Source: Eledone cirrhosa (Eukaryota). From it: a DNA stretch of 64,000 nucleotides. The stretch is from contig OZ024754.1 of assembly GCA_964016885.1 (NCBI GenBank), positions 45,942,001 through 46,006,000 of the forward strand. Direction: 5' to 3'. This document shows, piece by piece, positions 59,123 to 64,000 of this stretch. Position numbers and translations under genes: made by a program. The number at the start of each line of letters is the position of its first letter. Position 1 is the first letter of the stretch. The notes under the pieces are model-generated. The model did no database searches. It was not told where the DNA came from and was given only the letters and a program-made list of their open reading frames with translations.

Positions 59123-60293
59123 TCTCATAAGCAATGAGAATATATATATTGAAGATCAGGAAGGGTTGGTGATTGTAGTAGTGCTGTTAAAGCCCAGATC
59201 AGATCTAATAGAGAGGACTATGATGACAAACAACCCGTACATACCAATATCAACTTGTCTTCATACATTATCCGATATATACCTCTGCTTATTAACATGA
59301 TAGGGTATAGCTTTCGTAGGGAGAAGTTGAGGCCATTTATAACCGGTCATACAGCAATATTGGAAGACCTTTCATTGATAGATTGTTATTGTTGTTGGTA
59401 TAGCTGTTGTTATTGTAGTTGATGTTGTAGTTGTTGTTTTTCTATCAGAGAATATGTTGTATCATAATTCTTTAATTGAAAATGTTTCCGTTCTCCATTT
59501 CTTTGCAGAACCATTAATTGCAGTCGACATCATTCCAAGAGGGATTACCGAGCCTTGTTAAGCGACAATTCCTATGAGACTGGTGCACTAGAACAATTCT
59601 CCCACACACTCAGACACACAGCACACACGCACAGACACGCACACACACACGTTCACAAACACGCACAGACACGCACATACATTCATACACACGCAAACAT
59701 ACAAACAGATATATACTCATATATATGCACATTCATACATATATCCATATATATATGTATACAAATATATATGTATATATATGTATATGTATGTATGTAT
59801 ATATATATGTATATAAATATATCTTTATATAAGCATAAACACATATATATTCATATATACACCCCTTTAATGATGTTACACACACATATATTTATATATA
59901 TATATATCCACGTTTGAGTGCATACATGTATGTGTATGCGAGCATATGTGTGTGTGAGTGTTTTGTTTTTGTATATCTATATGTGTCAGTATGCGAGAGT
60001 ATAAGTATTTATGTAAGATTGTATAAAACTGCATCTATATTGCATTGTATATTTACAAGTGGTAGCAACCTAAAGCGATGAGAATAGTATGGAAGCCATA
60101 AATCGTCTGAAAAACGAACGCCAGGCACATATGTGAGAGAGTGAGTGGGTAGAAGGTGTATGATAAAGGAGAGAAAGACAACTATCTATCTTAACGGATA
60201 TATACATCAGACATATATTGTATAATATATATGTGTATATATATGTGTGTGTGTCCCTATGTCTGAGTATGTGCAATTCTACAAATATATATA

Positions 60294-60354
<61 letters not shown>

Positions 60355-60604
60355 AGACAGATATAGATATACAAAGACATATATATATATAAGTATATAT
60401 ATATAATAACATATATACATACACACACATATATATATACATATACATATATATATATATATATCCAAAATTAAATTAAGGGTTATCATATTTTATATAT
60501 ATATATATGTCAATCTATTTCTAGTTGATATATATATATATACCTACATATATATATATATAGAATAAGGAAAAGCGAAATAGTTTCAGATGTTCAAGTC
60601 TTTC

Positions 60605-61011
60605 AATAATAATGCTGTGATATATATTTCAATGGCGACAGTGTCGTGACATCGTCAGAGAGCTTGTTACATAATAAGATTATGTTTCCGAGGCAATCCA
60701 AATTGAATGGGTCATTGTTTGGCTGAGAGGTGAACTGACTAAGCGAATTTCGTTGAAATCTGCGGTAGCTAATGGTCAATTTCCTTCGGACCTGCGCCTG
60801 CGCAGACCGATGGGGATGAATTGGTACTCACAGGGGAATGGATGAAGAACCCAAAAGCACACACTTCGTCCGTTCCCATGTCGATTCAATTTGGATTGCC
60901 TCGGAAACATAACCTTATTATGTAACAAGCTGTCTGACGATGTCGCGACACTGGCGCACGAAACAGTGTAACCACTGTCGCCATTGAAATATATATCACA
61001 GCATTATTATT
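60605..61011. mobile_element. fold-back element with hammerhead core in right arm
   Basis: Arms 60605-60708 / 60884-61011. Right arm has CTGACGA (60934-40), GAAA (60960-63) and CAGTG-taac-CACTG TC. Confidence 0.8.
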
Positions 61012-61045
61012 AAATACATTCATACATATATATATATATATATAT

Positions 61046-61116
<71 letters not shown>

Positions 61117-61171
61117 CATATATATATACATACATACATATATATATATACATATATATATATACTTCCAT

Positions 61172-61214
<43 letters not shown>

Positions 61215-61236
61215 CATACATATATATATATATAGC

Positions 61237-61272
<36 letters not shown>

Positions 61273-61398
61273 CATACATATATATATATATATACATACA
61301 TACATATACATATATATATATATACATCCATATATGTATATATACATCCAGACATATATATATATATATTCATCCATATATATATATATATATATATG

Positions 61399-61429
61399 TA
61401 TGGAACTCTTATAACCATATTTATTTCAT

Positions 61430-61481
<52 letters not shown>

Positions 61482-61512
61482 ATGAAATAAATATGGTTAT
61501 AAGAGTTCCATA
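61399..61512. repeat. perfect 114-bp palindrome with (AT)23 centre
   Basis: tatggaactcttataaccatatttatttcatctt (AT)n aagatgaaataaatatggttataagagttccata. Confidence 0.9.
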
Positions 61513-61687
61513 TAATTTATTATACTTATTTCGAATCGAATACAAAATCATCCTGAGTTGAACGCTACTTATCTGATATATGTATAGTTTTATTCTACAA
61601 TATTACTCACCTTCTATATATATATATATATATATATATACATCCATACATATATACATCCATACATATATATATATATACATCCAT

Positions 61688-61736
<49 letters not shown>

Positions 61737-61864
61737 CATACATAAATATATAGGCGTAATAAACAGACTATCGTTATCATCATCATCATCTTAGTATACA
61801 AAGATAATTTTATCTAAATTCTAAATAATATACACTGATATATATAGATATATATAGAGATATT

Positions 61865-61901
<37 letters not shown>

Positions 61902-62075
61902 AGTAATAATAATAAATGTGAAGACTAAAATCTAAAGAGATTTCAGATCTCGTTAAGGGTAAAAGCAGTGATTCTTTGCTTAAACTTTAATCTGTTATTT
62001 TAATAAATATATATATATATATATACAGAGAGAGAGAGATAGAGCGAGAGCTGTATATATATACATAAAATATAT

Positions 62076-62155
<80 letters not shown>

Positions 62156-62174
62156 ATATATATATATAATATAT

Positions 62175-62317
62175 ATATACGATATTAATAAATGGAAACT
62201 ATATTTATAAAACCATATTTATTTCATTATACATATTTCAAGGATACCAAGGATATCATGTATAATGAAATAAATATGGTTTTATAAATATAGTTTCCAT
62301 TTATTAATATCGTATAT
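62175..62317. repeat. hairpin, 60-bp arms and 23-bp loop, related to 61399-61512
   Basis: Arms 62175-62234 / 62258-62317 share aaccatatttatttcat with the previous palindrome. Confidence 0.9.
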
Positions 62318-62399
62318 CTACTCCAAATACTTGTCGAGTGCTTTATATCAGTTATAAAAATATTTACTTGTTGTATCCCAACAATTTAAATAGAACTTT

Positions 62400-62505
<106 letters not shown>

Positions 62506-62744
62506 GACGTCGCCAATCTAGATATCTATGTGTGTTATAATATAAAGTTAGTATTTTAGTTTAACTAACAAATTATTGCAATCACTGTTTCATCAACTAG
62601 AATCCTGCTTCTGGCTAGATTAACCGTCTGTGTTGTTGTACTTATCTCCTAGAGATAATCTTCATGTTTCTCCAGAAATTAACGTTCAGTAACACAATAG
62701 TTATTGTTAACATATTCCAAAATATGTTGTATTAAACATTAAAA

Positions 62745-62930
62745 ATTGGCACAAGGTTAGCAATTTGAGATTAAGTTGGTTGTACCGTCCCCAGTATTTA
62801 ACTGGTACTATATGTCACCGAGCAAAGTTGAGATCAGAAAAATTTGAAATCAGAACACAGAAATTCGTAACTTAATACCACAAAGCATTTGGTCCGACAC
62901 TCTACCGACACTGCCAATCAACCATTGCTA
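62745..62930 (-). mobile_element. old SINE family A copy
   Basis: ggcacaagg...actggtac...tttgaa.tcagaac...tccgacactctaccg..actgccaa. Confidence 0.75.
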
Positions 62931-63229
62931 ATAATAAAAATTGTTACTGTGATTATTATTATTTTATTATTATTATTGATGCTATATCTTTTTATTTGCC
63001 ACGAGAGCCAACAAAAGGGAGACAATACAGGGACAGTGGGGGTTTACACTGATATCGAATAGTATGAAATTTAATAATAATAATCGTTTCTTTGGTTGAA
63101 ACGGGCCTACGGGTGAGGAGTCATTAATAAGGATAATAATGGTTATTAAAATTAAAATTTCAATTAAAATTTCAATGATCATGATCATATTACGACGATA
63201 ATGATTAAATGTGATTTTAGTATTATTAG

Positions 63230-63594
63230 CAATAATAATAATAATAACAGTAGTAATAGTAGTAATAGTAGTAATGGTCGTATTGAAACTAATGGAGTTA
63301 TAATAAATTATATTGCAATGAACGAATGGAATTTCGATAAATTACGTTTTAATGTAAATAATAATGATGACGATAACGACAACGATGATGACGTGAATGA
63401 CGATGATGGTGATGATGATGATGATAAGGAGTAGTATGGTGGCGAGGATGATGGCGGTGGTGATGATGATGATGATGATGATAATGATGAAGATGATGAT
63501 GATGATAGTGGTGTGGGTGGTGTAATTGGAGTAAGAGAGTACAATAGTAATGATGATATTGATACATTAACAAAAACATACAAATAATAATAAC

Positions 63595-63657
<63 letters not shown>

Positions 63658-63730
63658 AATAATAGAAAAAAATAATACTATTAACAATAATAATATCAAA
63701 TCAAACAATAATACCAATTACAACAACAAT
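63230..63730. repeat. (AAT)n/(GAT)n trinucleotide tracts
   Basis: Direct reading. Confidence 0.9.
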
Positions 63731-64000
63731 ACCAAAACAAAAATTTCAATTCATATTAATTAATATTCATAGCAAGAAAATACAAGAATTATAATAAATG
63801 TATTTATATGAAAAAATTAATTTACAAAGAAAAATGGCAATTTTTTTGGTTTCACGAGGAACGAACGAAAATGGTAAATTGGAACAAAAATGAATGTCAT
63901 CTGATAGTATTTGGTTTGAAATATTTTGGGGGTTTTGTTTATGTACTTTTTTTTTAAGAAGCAAAATGGGTCTCTTTTTCTTGGAAAGAAAAAAGGATGA

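Overview
AT-rich eukaryotic intronic or intergenic DNA dominated by very long (TA)n, (CA)n, (GA)n and trinucleotide microsatellites. It carries many copies of two tRNA-derived SINE families. The repeat landscape resembles octopod cephalopod genomes (inference from recalled repeat sequences, not from a search). Nearly all ORFs in the supplied track are microsatellite artefacts. Recognisable protein-coding relics are four decayed non-LTR retroelement fragments: Ingi/Vingi-like, L1/Tx1-like, RTE, and a Penelope-like element with RT and GIY-YIG motifs. A few isolated splice-site-bounded segments may be exons of an unidentified host gene (low confidence). The most striking unexplained structure is a recurring class of short, ORF-less fold-back (inverted-duplication) elements next to (TA)n tracts. 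Many contain complete or degenerate type I hammerhead-ribozyme cores (CTGANGA - stem II - GAAA - stem III - UH) in several unrelated sequence families. They are best read as Penelope pseudo-LTR or retrozyme-like mini-elements. No copy has a fully canonical core plus all three stems, so activity is not shown.
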